A stretch of DNA of 15,836 nt, from the IMG/VR virus record IMGVR_UViG_2645727970_000008; one strand, given 5' to 3'. The DNA is from a virus. Taxonomy: Duplodnaviria; Heunggongvirae; Uroviricota; Caudoviricetes. Numbering within the stretch: position 1 is the first letter of the stretch; every line of letters starts with the position of its first letter. Positions 1 through 8,457 of this stretch are shown here, piece by piece. Below the pieces are notes generated by a model. The model did no database searches and was not told the DNA's origin. It worked only from the letters and a program-made list of their open reading frames with translations. Both the position numbers and the translations under genes were made by a program.

Positions 1-1245
1 AGCCCATCCCCAGACATACATCTCAAAACGGTTTCGCTGCGAGTCAATGCCCGCCGTCAGATAAACCACCCGGGCAGGCACCGCCGCCGTGTAACGCACC
101 ACCTTATCCATCAGTACCTGGTGATCGAGTTTTTCGCCCACGGCCTCTTCCCAGGTCTCGCCCAGCGTGGTGTTCACAAAGGTTTTCAGGCCGTTGGGAT
201 CTTTCAGTGCATCCAGCCAGTCATAGACAATCTGTACCCAGGTGGTGAACGGACTGTACGCCGTCCAGATATGGAACGTGATGGAGCGCGGCGGCGGAAT
301 TTCATCACCCCGGGCGCTGAAAAACGTCAGACCGTCACGGGTCCACATGCCCGTGTTTTCACAGATCCACCGCCCGTTGTTCTGGTCAAGCTCAGACTGA
401 TGGATCACGCAGCCATGATGTTCACAGAGGTAGAAAACGCTTTCGGGACTGTCCTTCTCCCATTTAAGCCCAAAAGGCGTGGACTCATCGCCAAATTTCA
501 GATACTGCGCCTCCCCACAGTGCGGGCAGGGCACATAAAAACGCATGAAATGCGCCGACTCGTTGGCCGCTTTTTCGATCTGGCAGGTGCCTTTGATTTT
601 AGGCGTCGAGCCGCGAATGGATTTTGGCCACACCGACCCCTCAATACGCTTATCCCCCAGCAGGGTTGGCGAGCCCTCTTTTTCGACATCCGGCTCGAAC
701 GAGGAAAGTTCGTCATAGCAGACCACGTCCACGGATTTTTCACGGTAGTTTTTGGCGGCAGCGCCGCCCAGGCACCAGAAACCGACGCCCGATGAAAAGC
801 GTTTCAGCGTGAGGGTATTATCACGATGTTTACGCCCAAACCACGGTGCAAGATCGAGTAAAACCGGCACATCCCTGATCGTGGGTTCCACATGAGATTT
901 CATAAAATCTTCAGCAGCAGAATCCGTGGGCTGGAAAAGAAGGCTGTTGCGTGATTTATGCTCAATAAAATAAGCCTCCACTCCCAGCAACATCTTTGTA
1001 TAACCAACACGGGCAGATTTAATCAGATTAACAGTGCGGATCCGGTCATTCCCCATGCTGTTCATGATGGCAACCTGAAACGGCAGTGTTTCCCACCGCC
1101 CCGGGGTGTAAGATGACTCTTTCGGAAGGTAATAATGTCGATCTGCCCACTGAACTGTCGTCAGAGGGACAGGAATTTTTAGCGCAAGGAGGCCGGTTGC
1201 TATCGCTCCTGCAGAATTAGCCGCCCTCAGTTCGTCTGAAATCAT
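1..1245 (-). CDS. A: Terminase large subunit (lambda gpA-like), partial; N-terminus at 1245, C-terminal part lies beyond the window start
   Basis: Minus frame is open from the window edge to the ATG at 1245, which overlaps the Nu1 stop. Translation ([13 protein letters not shown]...[25 protein letters not shown]...[10 protein letters not shown]...YLTAGIDSQ) is colinear with lambda gpA as recalled. Absent from the ORF track because there is no stop inside the window. Confidence 0.9.
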   Translation of the reverse strand, partial: MISDELRAANSAGAIATGLLALKIPVPLTTVQWADRHYYLPKESSYTPGRWETLPFQVAIMNSMGNDRIRTVNLIKSARVGYTKMLLGVEAYFIEHKSRNSLLFQPTDSAAEDFMKSHVEPTIRDVPVLLDLAPWFGRKHRDNTLTLKRFSSGVGFWCLGGAAAKNYREKSVDVVCYDELSSFEPDVEKEGSPTLLGDKRIEGSVWPKSIRGSTPKIKGTCQIEKAANESAHFMRFYVPCPHCGEAQYLKFGDESTPFGLKWEKDSPESVFYLCEHHGCVIHQSELDQNNGRWICENTGMWTRDGLTFFSARGDEIPPPRSITFHIWTAYSPFTTWVQIVYDWLDALKDPNGLKTFVNTTLGETWEEAVGEKLDHQVLMDKVVRYTAAVPARVVYLTAGIDSQRNRFEMYVWGWA

Positions 1246-1765
1246 CAATCCACCTGCGCACATTCTCACCGGCTTCAGAAGCCACATCGGATGCTTTCGC
1301 GATTTCAGTTTTCACAGCATCAAGATGTGCGGGTGATATATCAGGGTATTTACGCTGCAGTGTCTGAGGGACACGGACAAGGATCCCTGATATATTCTGT
1401 GCCACTCGCTGAAAGATGTAGGTAAATAACTCCGTCTCGAGGACAAGGCCTTCCTCACGAGCATTTTTCAGCTCCTGTGCATCGGCCTGTGCCTTCGTCA
1501 GTCGGTAACGTTCGTAATCAATGGTGCCGGGCTGAAGGTCTGATTCGCTGGCAGCCCTCAAATCCTCGATCTCTTTACGGAGTTTTTCGTTTTCAATATC
1601 AGATTCCCTCTGCGCATACCACTGAATGGCAGCAGTTGTATCAAAAACTGATTCAGTCCCTTTCCCTCCACCAGAAACTAGTGGTAACCCCTGACTCTGC
1701 CAGGCGGTGATGGTCCTGACATCAACGCCAAAAATATCGGCCAGTTTTTTCTTATTGACGTTCAT
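1217..1765 (-). CDS. nu1: Terminase small subunit (Nu1-like)
   Basis: 182 aa ORF with ATG start. N-terminus [28 protein letters not shown] and the central EIENEKLR...[27 protein letters not shown] stretch closely resemble lambda Nu1 as recalled. Sits immediately downstream of the cos site. Confidence 0.9.
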   Translation of the reverse strand: MNVNKKKLADIFGVDVRTITAWQSQGLPLVSGGGKGTESVFDTTAAIQWYAQRESDIENEKLRKEIEDLRAASESDLQPGTIDYERYRLTKAQADAQELKNAREEGLVLETELFTYIFQRVAQNISGILVRVPQTLQRKYPDISPAHLDAVKTEIAKASDVASEAGENVRRWIDDFRRTEGG

Positions 1766-1990
1766 ACACTCCCCCGGGAACCAGAAAGGATCTGAAAATG
1801 GCGTTTTCTAACAAAAACAGCCTTTGTCAGATCCTTTTATATTTTTAAAATTCTATTGATAATCAAACAGTTAAAAAGAAGAAGAACGGATCTGATTTTT
1901 CCCTAAAAATTTTCATAAATAGCGAAAACCCGCGAGGTCGCCGCCCCGTAGCCTGCCGGATCGCCGGAAAGGACCCAATAAAATGATAAT
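1766..1990 (-). other. cos: cos packaging site; cosN cohesive end at 1935-1946, cosB-like region between cosN and Nu1
   Basis: Reverse complement of 1935-1946 is GGGCGGCGACCT, the lambda 12-nt cohesive end, followed by CGCGGGTTTTCGCTATTTATGAAAATTTT as in the lambda left end. Position directly upstream of Nu1 is canonical. Confidence 0.8.
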
Positions 1991-2184
1991 AATTATCATT
2001 TATATAAATACCATCACACATCCCACGTACACCATAAAACCACGACAAATAATCAATTTTGTCCAAGTCATGCATTAATTGATCTGTGTCAACTTAACGT
2101 AAAGACATCTTAAGACAATACAAATCAGCAGCACTGAACACGGAAAAACACAATGTCATCAAAAAATAAAGCTTCCCAAACCAG

Positions 2185-2325
2185 ATGATTAATCAAATCC
2201 ATATTGCCCTTGAACGTAAGGGATCGGGTAATTTTTCGGCATGGGTTATTGAAGCCTGCAGGAGAAGGCTGGCAACAGATGCAAAGCACCTGCGCCCGGC
2301 CAGCATGAAAAATAACGAGAAATGA
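2185..2325 (+). CDS. Possible small ORF (46 aa, MINQIHIALERKGSGNFSAWVIEACRRRLATDAKHLRPASMKNNEK)
   Basis: ATG-initiated ORF in an AT-rich spacer, below the 60-aa track cutoff. Protein-like composition but no clear Shine-Dalgarno. Confidence 0.2.
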   Translation: MINQIHIALERKGSGNFSAWVIEACRRRLATDAKHLRPASMKNNEK

Positions 2326-2457
2326 ACGTTCGGTTACAGGAACCGGTAGCTACTGTCTTCTAACAATATTTCATCTTCATATCCGGCGAAACAAGACTTT
2401 ACCCTGCAGGGATGTACTGAATAGCAACAGAGTGATAATTAACTTCTGATAAAATAA

Positions 2458-2784
2458 TCAGGGTGCTGAAGGACTAAAGATAAATGTTTTCTTCACGCCT
2501 TTACGCGGCTTGTCCTTCTCAAATCGCCATTTTGCCATCGCCTTTACAACCTGCTCATCAAACAGATGGTGCGGCTCTGAACGGATAAACTCAATTCGGG
2601 TGACAGTACCATCAGCACCAATATCAAACTTCACATCAACCCGTCCCTTTATATAATTTGCCGCGGCATAGGCCGGATATTGTGGTAATGCCTTAACCAA
2701 CTGTCGAGGCATATCTGTTTTATGTTGCGTACAGCCCATAACCAAAGAAGACAACAAAATAATTAACGGAAGATTTCTTTTCAT
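2458..2784 (-). CDS. Lipoprotein consisting of a TonB C-terminal domain (signal peptide, lipobox Cys, TonB_C fold)
   Basis: Start taken at the second Met (MKRNLPLIILLSSLVMGC), which has a GGGA Shine-Dalgarno; the track ORF extends to 2799. The mature part ALPQYPAYAAANYIKGRVDVKFDIGADGTVTRIEFIRSEPHHLFDEQVVKAMAKWRFEKDKP aligns with the E. coli TonB C-terminus ([28 protein letters not shown]...FEREVKNAMRRWRYEPGKP) as recalled. Confidence 0.8.
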   Translation of the reverse strand: MKRNLPLIILLSSLVMGCTQHKTDMPRQLVKALPQYPAYAAANYIKGRVDVKFDIGADGTVTRIEFIRSEPHHLFDEQVVKAMAKWRFEKDKPRKGVKKTFIFSPSAP

Positions 2785-2804
2785 TTTTATTCCCGGCATA
2801 GATA

Positions 2805-2821
2805 AGAATAAGTCTTATTCT
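2805..2821 (-). promoter_or_regulatory. 17-bp palindromic operator candidate (AGAATAAG-T-CTTATTCT) overlapping a TAGAAT -10-like hexamer upstream of the TonB-CTD lipoprotein gene
   Basis: Perfect inverted repeat read directly from the sequence, 21-37 nt upstream of the start codon. AT-rich hexamer content is loosely Fur-box-like. Confidence 0.35.
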
Positions 2822-3459
2822 AACAATGCAGCCCTGTCGGTCATCAATCCTCTGCTTAATGGCAATGACAATTATCCGACTTAAATCACAAATCAGACAC
2901 ATGACATAACAGAGCTTGCGAGGTAACACATCGTCCGGTTTCTTCCACCATCGCACCGGACCAGCGACCATGAGGGGACAACGCCGCGCTCCGTTAACAC
3001 GGTAAACCCCGGTGTGTATCGTTTTTGATTATCCCCGCACACTCGCGCAGAGGAGTCTCCCTCTCGGGCTGTGGTCTCTGTTGATGCGGGAATACGGCGA
3101 CGATACAGTGCATAGTTATGTCAGGCTAAAATGCCTTTATCAAATCTGGGTAACGCAATCTGCCATTGTTGGCTCCGGTTGTGGTGATGATGTCAAGCAA
3201 GCCCATCTTGACTATCTCAACTAGTCGATTCATGACATATGTCACATTTATACCAACCAGATCATTGCGTTGAGTTTACAACTCAATAATTCTTGGTTGG
3301 ACGTCAAGTTTTGACGGTATTCGGGTGGCAGTTGATAGCAATCTTGGAACCGTCCACCTAATAGCTGCTTGTGTGGCGTTTAAATTGTGGAGTGCTCGCA
3401 ACAGAACTTTTCTTTCTTGTTTGCGAGCGATGTTTAGCAACTTTTAAGAGAGTTAAGTC

Positions 3460-3690
3460 ATGGAGTTTTTGAAAGAGCATCATTTGCCTTCAATAATTTT
3501 TGGAATTTTTTCCGCCATTTTTTGGATTATTTCATGTTTTGCATCTTCCAAAGAACACCCACCAAAAACGGAACAAGGCAGTTTCTCATCACTGGGTTGT
3601 TTTAAAGCCATTGAAATACAAAGTAAATGGAATAAACGGGCTGCTTTTTGCGCAGCGTTAGCTGTTCTTGCTCAAGTATTTAGCTTTTAG
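3460..3690 (+). CDS. Small membrane protein (76 aa, two hydrophobic segments); opposite-strand moron between Rz and cos
   Basis: ATG with GAGAG upstream, hydrophobic stretches LPSIIFGIFSAIFWIISCFA and AAFCAALAVLAQVFSF, and a strong intrinsic terminator immediately after the stop. Confidence 0.5.
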   Translation: MEFLKEHHLPSIIFGIFSAIFWIISCFASSKEHPPKTEQGSFSSLGCFKAIEIQSKWNKRAAFCAALAVLAQVFSF

Positions 3691-3696
3691 TTTCAA

Positions 3697-3735
3697 AAGT
3701 GTAAATCAGAACCACTCGTATAGCGGGTGGTTCTC
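3697..3735 (+). terminator. Rho-independent terminator (10-bp stem GAACCACTCG/CGGGTGGTTC, TATAG loop, T-rich tail); may also act on the minus strand downstream of Rz
   Basis: Hairpin plus TCTGTTTTATT read from the sequence, directly after the 3460..3690 stop and about 70 nt past the Rz stop on the other strand. Confidence 0.7.
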
Positions 3736-3806
3736 TGTTTTATTCGTGTTGCGACTAAAACTAACTAAAATCACGCATATGAAAGATAATGGGAAAATTA
3801 TCGCTA

Positions 3807-4244
3807 TCATCGAAGGCATTGCGTCCTAATGTACTCCTGCAAGTAGTTAACCTGCGCGGTTATCCTGTCGATTCCACTTCGGAGACGGTAATAATTGAGT
3901 TCAGCATCTGCTGTAAGTCCTGGGGTTTCTCCATTGCCCATGCCGCTGGCTCCGGTCGTTGACTTTGCACAGGTGGCGGCGACTTGCAGGCGCTTACGCC
4001 CAGCAGAAACATCAGCACGGAGACTTTCGATAGTCGCATTAGCATCAGCAAGCTCCTTTGTGTATCTGGCGTCAAGTTCTGCTACATCACGTTGCCGCTT
4101 CTGCATATCAGCGATGATGGATGTGGCTTTATCGCGCTGCTCTTTGTAGGCGATGGCGTTATCACGGTAATGATTAACAGCCCATGAAAGGCAGACGATG
4201 AGGCAGATGACCAGAACGTAGATAATCGCGGTTACTCTGCTCAT
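3807..4244 (-). CDS. Rz: Rz i-spanin (inner-membrane spanin subunit)
   Basis: From the ATG at 4244 ([31 protein letters not shown]...), near-identical at the N-terminus to lambda Rz as recalled. ATGA overlap with the endolysin stop. The track ORF begins at an upstream GTG (4256). Confidence 0.9.
   Translation of the reverse strand: MSRVTAIIYVLVICLIVCLSWAVNHYRDNAIAYKEQRDKATSIIADMQKRQRDVAELDARYTKELADANATIESLRADVSAGRKRLQVAATCAKSTTGASGMGNGETPGLTADAELNYYRLRSGIDRITAQVNYLQEYIRTQCLR
3860..4045 (-). CDS. Rz1: Rz1 o-spanin, embedded in the +1 frame of Rz (lipoprotein, proline-rich mature part)
   Basis: Embedded ORF with signal peptide and lipobox ([20 protein letters not shown]) followed by [16 protein letters not shown]. 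Exact start Met is uncertain (track ORF starts at 4075). Confidence 0.75.
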   Translation of the reverse strand: MLMRLSKVSVLMFLLGVSACKSPPPVQSQRPEPAAWAMEKPQDLQQMLNSIITVSEVESTG

Positions 4245-4738
4245 TGTTGCCCCCACAAACAGACTTCACGCTCAATCTCACGGCGAGTCATCAGCCCTTT
4301 CCATTGCTTACCGCCAGCGTATGTCCAGCGCCGTAGCTGATCACATGCGCCTTTGATATCGCCCTGGTTTATTTTGCGAAGAAGCGTCGATGTTCTGAAA
4401 TTGCCAGCGCCCACGTTGTAAACGAACGAGTAAAGAGCGCCGCGCGTTGTTTCCGGTATATCGACGTTGATGTACGGGTTAATTTGTCTGGCGACCGTGG
4501 CAAGGTCTTTATTCAGGAGGGCTTTGCATTCTGCTTCGGTATACGTTTTACCGGGCATGATGTCTTTTCCGGTGTGTCCGTGACATACAGTCCATACGCC
4601 AACGATATCTTCGTATGGTATGTAGCTGACACCTTCCAGGCCATCGTCACCACTCGGACCAGTGATGAGCACAGACGCTATGGCAACAGCCCCACCACCA
4701 ATAGCAGCAGCAACGGCTTTTCGTAATGATGGAGGCAT
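4241..4738 (-). CDS. R: SAR endolysin (phage 21 R-type lysozyme)
   Basis: 165 aa. N-terminal Gly/Ala-rich SAR segment [27 protein letters not shown], then a lysozyme core ([19 protein letters not shown]...). Start ATG overlaps the holin stop (TAATG). Confidence 0.95.
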   Translation of the reverse strand: MPPSLRKAVAAAIGGGAVAIASVLITGPSGDDGLEGVSYIPYEDIVGVWTVCHGHTGKDIMPGKTYTEAECKALLNKDLATVARQINPYINVDIPETTRGALYSFVYNVGAGNFRTSTLLRKINQGDIKGACDQLRRWTYAGGKQWKGLMTRREIEREVCLWGQQ

Positions 4739-4944
4739 TATTCACCTCTCGCAGCCTTGCGCTTATCTTCTTTAATCTTGAAATAAAGGTTTGTCAGATA
4801 CGTCAGCAGGCCAAACAGCAGACTCCCCAGCACACCTATTGCCACCCACTGGGACGGAGAGACTTTGTCCAGCAGCTGCAGTAAACAGTATCCCGTCCCC
4901 ACCGCTGACGTGGTGTATGACACACCTGTTGTGATTTTTTCCAT
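4738..4944 (-). CDS. S: Pinholin (S21-type class II holin)
   Basis: 68 aa, [10 protein letters not shown]...[40 protein letters not shown], resembling S21-68 as recalled. GGAGA Shine-Dalgarno. Located immediately upstream of the SAR endolysin. Confidence 0.9.
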   Translation of the reverse strand: MEKITTGVSYTTSAVGTGYCLLQLLDKVSPSQWVAIGVLGSLLFGLLTYLTNLYFKIKEDKRKAARGE

Positions 4945-4993
4945 CTGATGTATGTCTCCGTCACCGCCGACAGAAAATGAAAGTAAAGAAAAA

Positions 4994-5027
4994 CAAAAAA
5001 ACCGCCAGTGTCACCCACTGACGGCCA
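4994..5027 (-). terminator. Rho-independent terminator on the minus strand between the esterase gene and the holin
   Basis: Minus strand reads GCCGTCAGTG-GGTGA-CACTGGCGG followed by TTTTTTTGTTTTTC. Confidence 0.75.
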
Positions 5028-5200
5028 ACGCCGGGAGCCGTGATTATGGCATTCAGGCTCTGCTAAAAATGCCAGATAACATTCCGGCCAACCCCTGATT
5101 CAGGTTATAAATGACACAATATCTTGACAACATCCGTCACTGTCTGTCAGAAAATGTACTGCCAAGTATAAGTATCATGTGAAGTACATCTACCCGTTTT

Positions 5201-5237
5201 AGCCAGCGTCCTTCAGAGTGGGCGCTGGCTTTTTTTA
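5201..5237 (+). terminator. Strong plus-strand-specific rho-independent terminator (11-bp stem, 8-nt loop, T6 tail)
   Basis: AGCCAGCGTCC-TTCAGAGT-GGGCGCTGGCT followed by TTTTTTA on the plus strand. The minus-strand version lacks a U-tract. Confidence 0.7.
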
Positions 5238-7103
5238 TTATGCTGCCGGTGCATTTATCTCCAGCACCAGACTTTCTATCTCAACGCCATACGCTGCATT
5301 TTTTGTAACATCCGTCAGCGTCAGCGCATTCAGTCCCAGTGTCAGACCGTCTTTTATAACCTGGAATGCCGGGCCAGCCACTCCATTCAGTTTCGGAGTA
5401 ACCGTGGCACTGCCGGCGGTGAACACCAGCTCCAGCGTCTGCCAGTCGTTACCGTAACCGCCGAACTCCCCCAGCTTCGTGTTTCCGGCTTTCCTGTGAT
5501 GCATCAGATTCACTCTGCCGTCAGTGGTCTGAGTGAAGTAAGACATCAGGAACGGATTACCAGTACCCGTCATCGCCACATCATCAGGAACGGGAGCGTC
5601 CGTATACAGATAAATCCCCAGCCCGAACTGATTGTTGGTCAGTGCGCCTGAGAGGCGGAACTTACAGGTCAGTCTGCCGCCCTGTGTCAGCAGGGTAATT
5701 GCGTCATCCACCGGATGCATCAGGGACCAGGTTTTATTGCTCTGCTTGGTGATCTTAAATACACCATCTGACAACTGAATTCCGCCATTCTTAATGCTCC
5801 AGCCCTGCGCAGCAGCATCTCCGGCTGTCGGCAACAGGGAGATTGTGCGTACGGATGCATCTTCAGACGGCCCCGATGGCGTGTCGCCGCCGGGCGAGGG
5901 TTTGATTTCCGGTGCCTTACCACTAATGAAGGCTAAGGTGCGACCGGCTACGTTCAGAATAGCAGTTGCCATACGATCGGGAATAATGCCACGACGCGCC
6001 CATGAGCTGAAATGCGTCGGGCGATTTGATGATACCCAGTTTTTGTTCGTTCGGGATGCCGAACCGTAATAACCAGACCCGGCAATATCAGGATCTTCTG
6101 ACGGGTTGTTTGTCGGTGTATTAACTCCGCTACCATCGGTCATAAAGGGAACAAAATAAATCTGCTGGGATTCTTTACCTTTATATGCACCATATACCAC
6201 TTCATATTGCGTACCGTGTTCTTGTTTCCACGCGTATGTCGTGTCGCCACAAATCCAGGGGACTGATGCCGGACTTCCACCGTGACACTGCGCCGCCAGC
6301 CCGGCAAAGTCAGCACGGAACTGCTGTACCATTGCAAGAAATGCTGCTGGCTGCTGGGCGTAACTGGCATTCGTCATATCGAATTCCCCCTGCATCCAGC
6401 ATATCGCCAGCAAAACGTTTTTCGGGTTTTTCTGCAATGCTGCCTTCGTGCGGAAAAGCAGATCCTGATATAACGGCTTACCCACTCCCCAGCGAGCCGA
6501 ATCCTGACTGGCCCCCGTGGACTCGCTGAATGTCCCCTCCGTGCCCTGGGTGAATGCCGAACCACCACGACAGCATGGTACCAGCAGGATCCCCGCGTTA
6601 TTCGGGATATACGGAAGCAGTTTTTTGGCAATATGTAAGCCCTGGCCGACACAGCCGTACTGCCCTTTGCTCAGGTCTGCCTTCGGATGATTCAGCGTAC
6701 TCATATCCTGCACATCATGCAGGCAGTGGTCGGCCGGAATAATATCGTTATATCTGCAGGCAGCCCCACCCGGCGTCACTGTACTGCGGCGCGCCAGCTG
6801 TTTAATGCGCGGATCCGGAGCATCGTATGAATCCGGCAGCGGAAGCCCTTCACCGTAAGCCATGGCATTGGACTGCCCGGCCAGTACGATGACGTAGTAC
6901 CAATCCGGCTCAGTTGCACCACTGACCACCACATCACCTTCTGCTGTAATCGCCTGCATCAGAGTATAAGGGGTTATGGCCACCGGACTACCAAACGGCT
7001 GCCAGCCCTCTTTCAGTTTATGTGTCAGCTTTTCCGCAAGATCTGACGGCGACGCCGCCCTGACAACATCATAGTGTTTAAATGCCATGGTTCTTTCCAC
7101 CAT
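5238..7103 (-). CDS. nanS-p: NanS-p-type sialate O-acetylesterase (DUF1737 N-terminus, SGNH/SASA esterase core, C-terminal lectin-like domain)
   Basis: 621 aa ORF with esterase motif VLAGQSNA and the N-terminal MAFKHYDVVRAASPSDLAEKLTHKL segment typical of the family found downstream of stx in Stx phages. The second Met at 7088 has the better Shine-Dalgarno, so the true start may be 7088. Confidence 0.85.
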   Translation of the reverse strand: MVERTMAFKHYDVVRAASPSDLAEKLTHKLKEGWQPFGSPVAITPYTLMQAITAEGDVVVSGATEPDWYYVIVLAGQSNAMAYGEGLPLPDSYDAPDPRIKQLARRSTVTPGGAACRYNDIIPADHCLHDVQDMSTLNHPKADLSKGQYGCVGQGLHIAKKLLPYIPNNAGILLVPCCRGGSAFTQGTEGTFSESTGASQDSARWGVGKPLYQDLLFRTKAALQKNPKNVLLAICWMQGEFDMTNASYAQQPAAFLAMVQQFRADFAGLAAQCHGGSPASVPWICGDTTYAWKQEHGTQYEVVYGAYKGKESQQIYFVPFMTDGSGVNTPTNNPSEDPDIAGSGYYGSASRTNKNWVSSNRPTHFSSWARRGIIPDRMATAILNVAGRTLAFISGKAPEIKPSPGGDTPSGPSEDASVRTISLLPTAGDAAAQGWSIKNGGIQLSDGVFKITKQSNKTWSLMHPVDDAITLLTQGGRLTCKFRLSGALTNNQFGLGIYLYTDAPVPDDVAMTGTGNPFLMSYFTQTTDGRVNLMHHRKAGNTKLGEFGGYGNDWQTLELVFTAGSATVTPKLNGVAGPAFQVIKDGLTLGLNALTLTDVTKNAAYGVEIESLVLEINAPAA

Positions 7104-7347
7104 CTGAAAAATAATTCTTTAAAATACCTGACATGTAATACAGAAAAAACACAAAACCATACCTTAAATAAAAACCTGATTATCAAGCAGATATGCATGG
7201 ATAAACTACAAGACGAGATATAAACCACCCTGTATTTAAATAAACAATAAACAACATCAGAAAAATAATTCTGCTCTATGGTTTAATTCAAAAATATCAT
7301 TTATACTTTTCAGAACATCACCAGCAAGGCATAAACAAGGAAAGTAA

Positions 7348-7683
7348 ATGAAGTGGATTGTGATTGATACAGTTATCCAGCCATCATGCGGAATATCTTT
7401 TTCAGTCATATGGAGTAAAATAAAATTAATAATCTGGTATCAATCGGATGCTTTCTTACCTCCTGAAAGTATATTTACACTGACTCACACAGGCATCATG
7501 CTCAATAACAAAGTGCTACCTGTAACCATTTACAACGTAGTACCATTCAATAAAACATTCTGGAATTTAATCAAAAACAGCCAGGAATGCCCTACAAATA
7601 CAGATAACGTATTGAATGAATGCTTTAATAACCGTTGCACTCTGCAAATATGTCCTTATGGACTAAAACAACAAAGTCCATAA
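7348..7683 (+). CDS. Hypothetical protein, 111 aa, AT-rich, Cys-rich C-terminus; opposite strand to the late operon
   Basis: ATG with AAGGAAAG Shine-Dalgarno at 6-nt spacing. Low-GC, Ile/Asn-rich composition. C-terminal motif C-x10-C-x4-C-x4-C. TATACT -10-like hexamer about 40 nt upstream. Confidence 0.5.
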   Translation: MKWIVIDTVIQPSCGISFSVIWSKIKLIIWYQSDAFLPPESIFTLTHTGIMLNNKVLPVTIYNVVPFNKTFWNLIKNSQECPTNTDNVLNECFNNRCTLQICPYGLKQQSP

Positions 7684-7714
7684 GGAGTTTACTCACATCT
7701 GACAAAATCAATAT

Positions 7715-7745
7715 AAACAGCCCCTCCGGAGAGGGGCTGGAGAGT
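7715..7745 (-). terminator. Rho-independent terminator oriented for the minus strand (perfect hairpin CAGCCCCTC-CGGA-GAGGGGCTG)
   Basis: Perfect 9-bp inverted repeat; the minus-strand reading is followed by TTTATATTGATTTTGT. Confidence 0.65.
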
Positions 7746-7963
7746 GGCGCTATGTGCCATTGCATGGTGCCGGGTGCCTCCCGGTGAATTCAGTACCAGC
7801 ACCTGAATCCGCGATTATCCCATATACCTACTCGCTGATTGCCCCTCCGCACAGGGGGATTCACCATGCCAGTTTCTTTTAACAAACTCCCCGCAAACCA
7901 GACAACAGTCAACCGCCTGAATTGTGAAGTATTTAAAAATTTCTCCCGCTAACTGATACCCGG

Positions 7964-8050
7964 CTAACAGTCTGGCGTTTTCTTTTTCAGCAACGGGAAA
8001 GCAACAACCACCACACCCGCCACCAGCACACCGTCAGCCAGCACTGACAT
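7964..8050 (-). CDS. Possible 28-aa hydrophobic peptide (MSVLADGVLVAGVVVVAFPLLKKKTPDC)
   Basis: Short ATG ORF with a single hydrophobic helix and a KKK tail. Weak, poorly spaced Shine-Dalgarno. Below the track size cutoff. Confidence 0.15.
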   Translation of the reverse strand: MSVLADGVLVAGVVVVAFPLLKKKTPDC

Positions 8051-8130
8051 TATCCGGCTGCTGCAATGCCATTCACAAAAACAGTAAGCAATCACTTTTT
8101 ACCGTAACAGGTGATAATCCAGATATGTAT

Positions 8131-8457
8131 CTACCCCAGATGAGTAATCCGAAGTTCATCCATACCACAGGTCCTGGCTATTCTGTTGTACTCCTGAACA
8201 AGAGCAAATAATTCTGAATTAGCAACCATGAACTCATCGCAAACCCTCTGTATAGCATCACTATTCAGAATAATAACGTCTCTTCCCAAAAGACGATCAG
8301 GAGTACAGAACAAAACTGTCAAACGGCTGAAGGCCTTTGCTCGTGCTGCATTGACTATATCAATACGCTGCCTAAGGATGAAACACCCCGACGCCTCATC
8401 AATATTCACTCTACCCACACCATATGAATGATAAATATTTAATACTGAAAAAATCAT
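8131..8457 (-). CDS. Hypothetical protein at the stx-equivalent position (108 aa from ATG 8457; track ORF starts at a TTG at 8484)
   Basis: Uninterrupted minus-frame ORF directly downstream of the tRNA cluster, low-GC composition, no recognisable family motif. Shine-Dalgarno is weak for both possible starts. Confidence 0.45.
   Translation of the reverse strand: MIFSVLNIYHSYGVGRVNIDEASGCFILRQRIDIVNAARAKAFSRLTVLFCTPDRLLGRDVIILNSDAIQRVCDEFMVANSELFALVQEYNRIARTCGMDELRITHLG

Noticed and set aside
121-795. 224-aa plus-strand ORF (GTG start) and nested ORFs at 498-743 and 624-812
   Set aside because: They lie antisense to the large terminase gene, whose minus-strand translation is a clear gpA homologue; these are open-frame shadows of a GC-rich coding region.
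1477-1710. 77-aa plus-strand ORF
   Set aside because: Antisense to the Nu1 coding sequence; no RBS.
1863-2075. 70-aa minus-strand ORF spanning cosN
   Set aside because: Overlaps the cos site and AT-rich spacer, lacks an RBS and has implausible composition.
2720-2971. 83-aa minus-strand ORF overlapping the lipoprotein gene start and its operator region
   Set aside because: Out of frame with the TonB-CTD lipoprotein and overlapping its promoter and operator; no RBS.
3012-3224. 70-aa plus-strand ORF with a GTG start
   Set aside because: No Shine-Dalgarno and an alternative start codon; the region is better explained as regulatory or inverted-repeat sequence. Kept as unlikely.
3895-4187. Plus-strand ORFs of 84 and 67 aa
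   Set aside because: Antisense to Rz/Rz1.
4484-4726. 80-aa plus-strand ORF
   Set aside because: Antisense to the SAR endolysin gene.
4836-5018. 60-aa minus-strand ORF overlapping the holin start
   Set aside because: Out of frame with the holin and running through the terminator hairpin.
5218-6742. Multiple plus- and minus-strand ORFs of 60-114 aa inside the esterase gene
   Set aside because: All overlap the 621-aa NanS-p-type ORF in other frames or on the other strand; none has an RBS.
7025-7228. 67-aa minus-strand ORF across the esterase start
   Set aside because: Overlaps the esterase start in another frame and extends into AT-rich promoter sequence.
8228-8431. 67-aa plus-strand ORF
   Set aside because: Antisense to the 8131-8484 ORF; no RBS.
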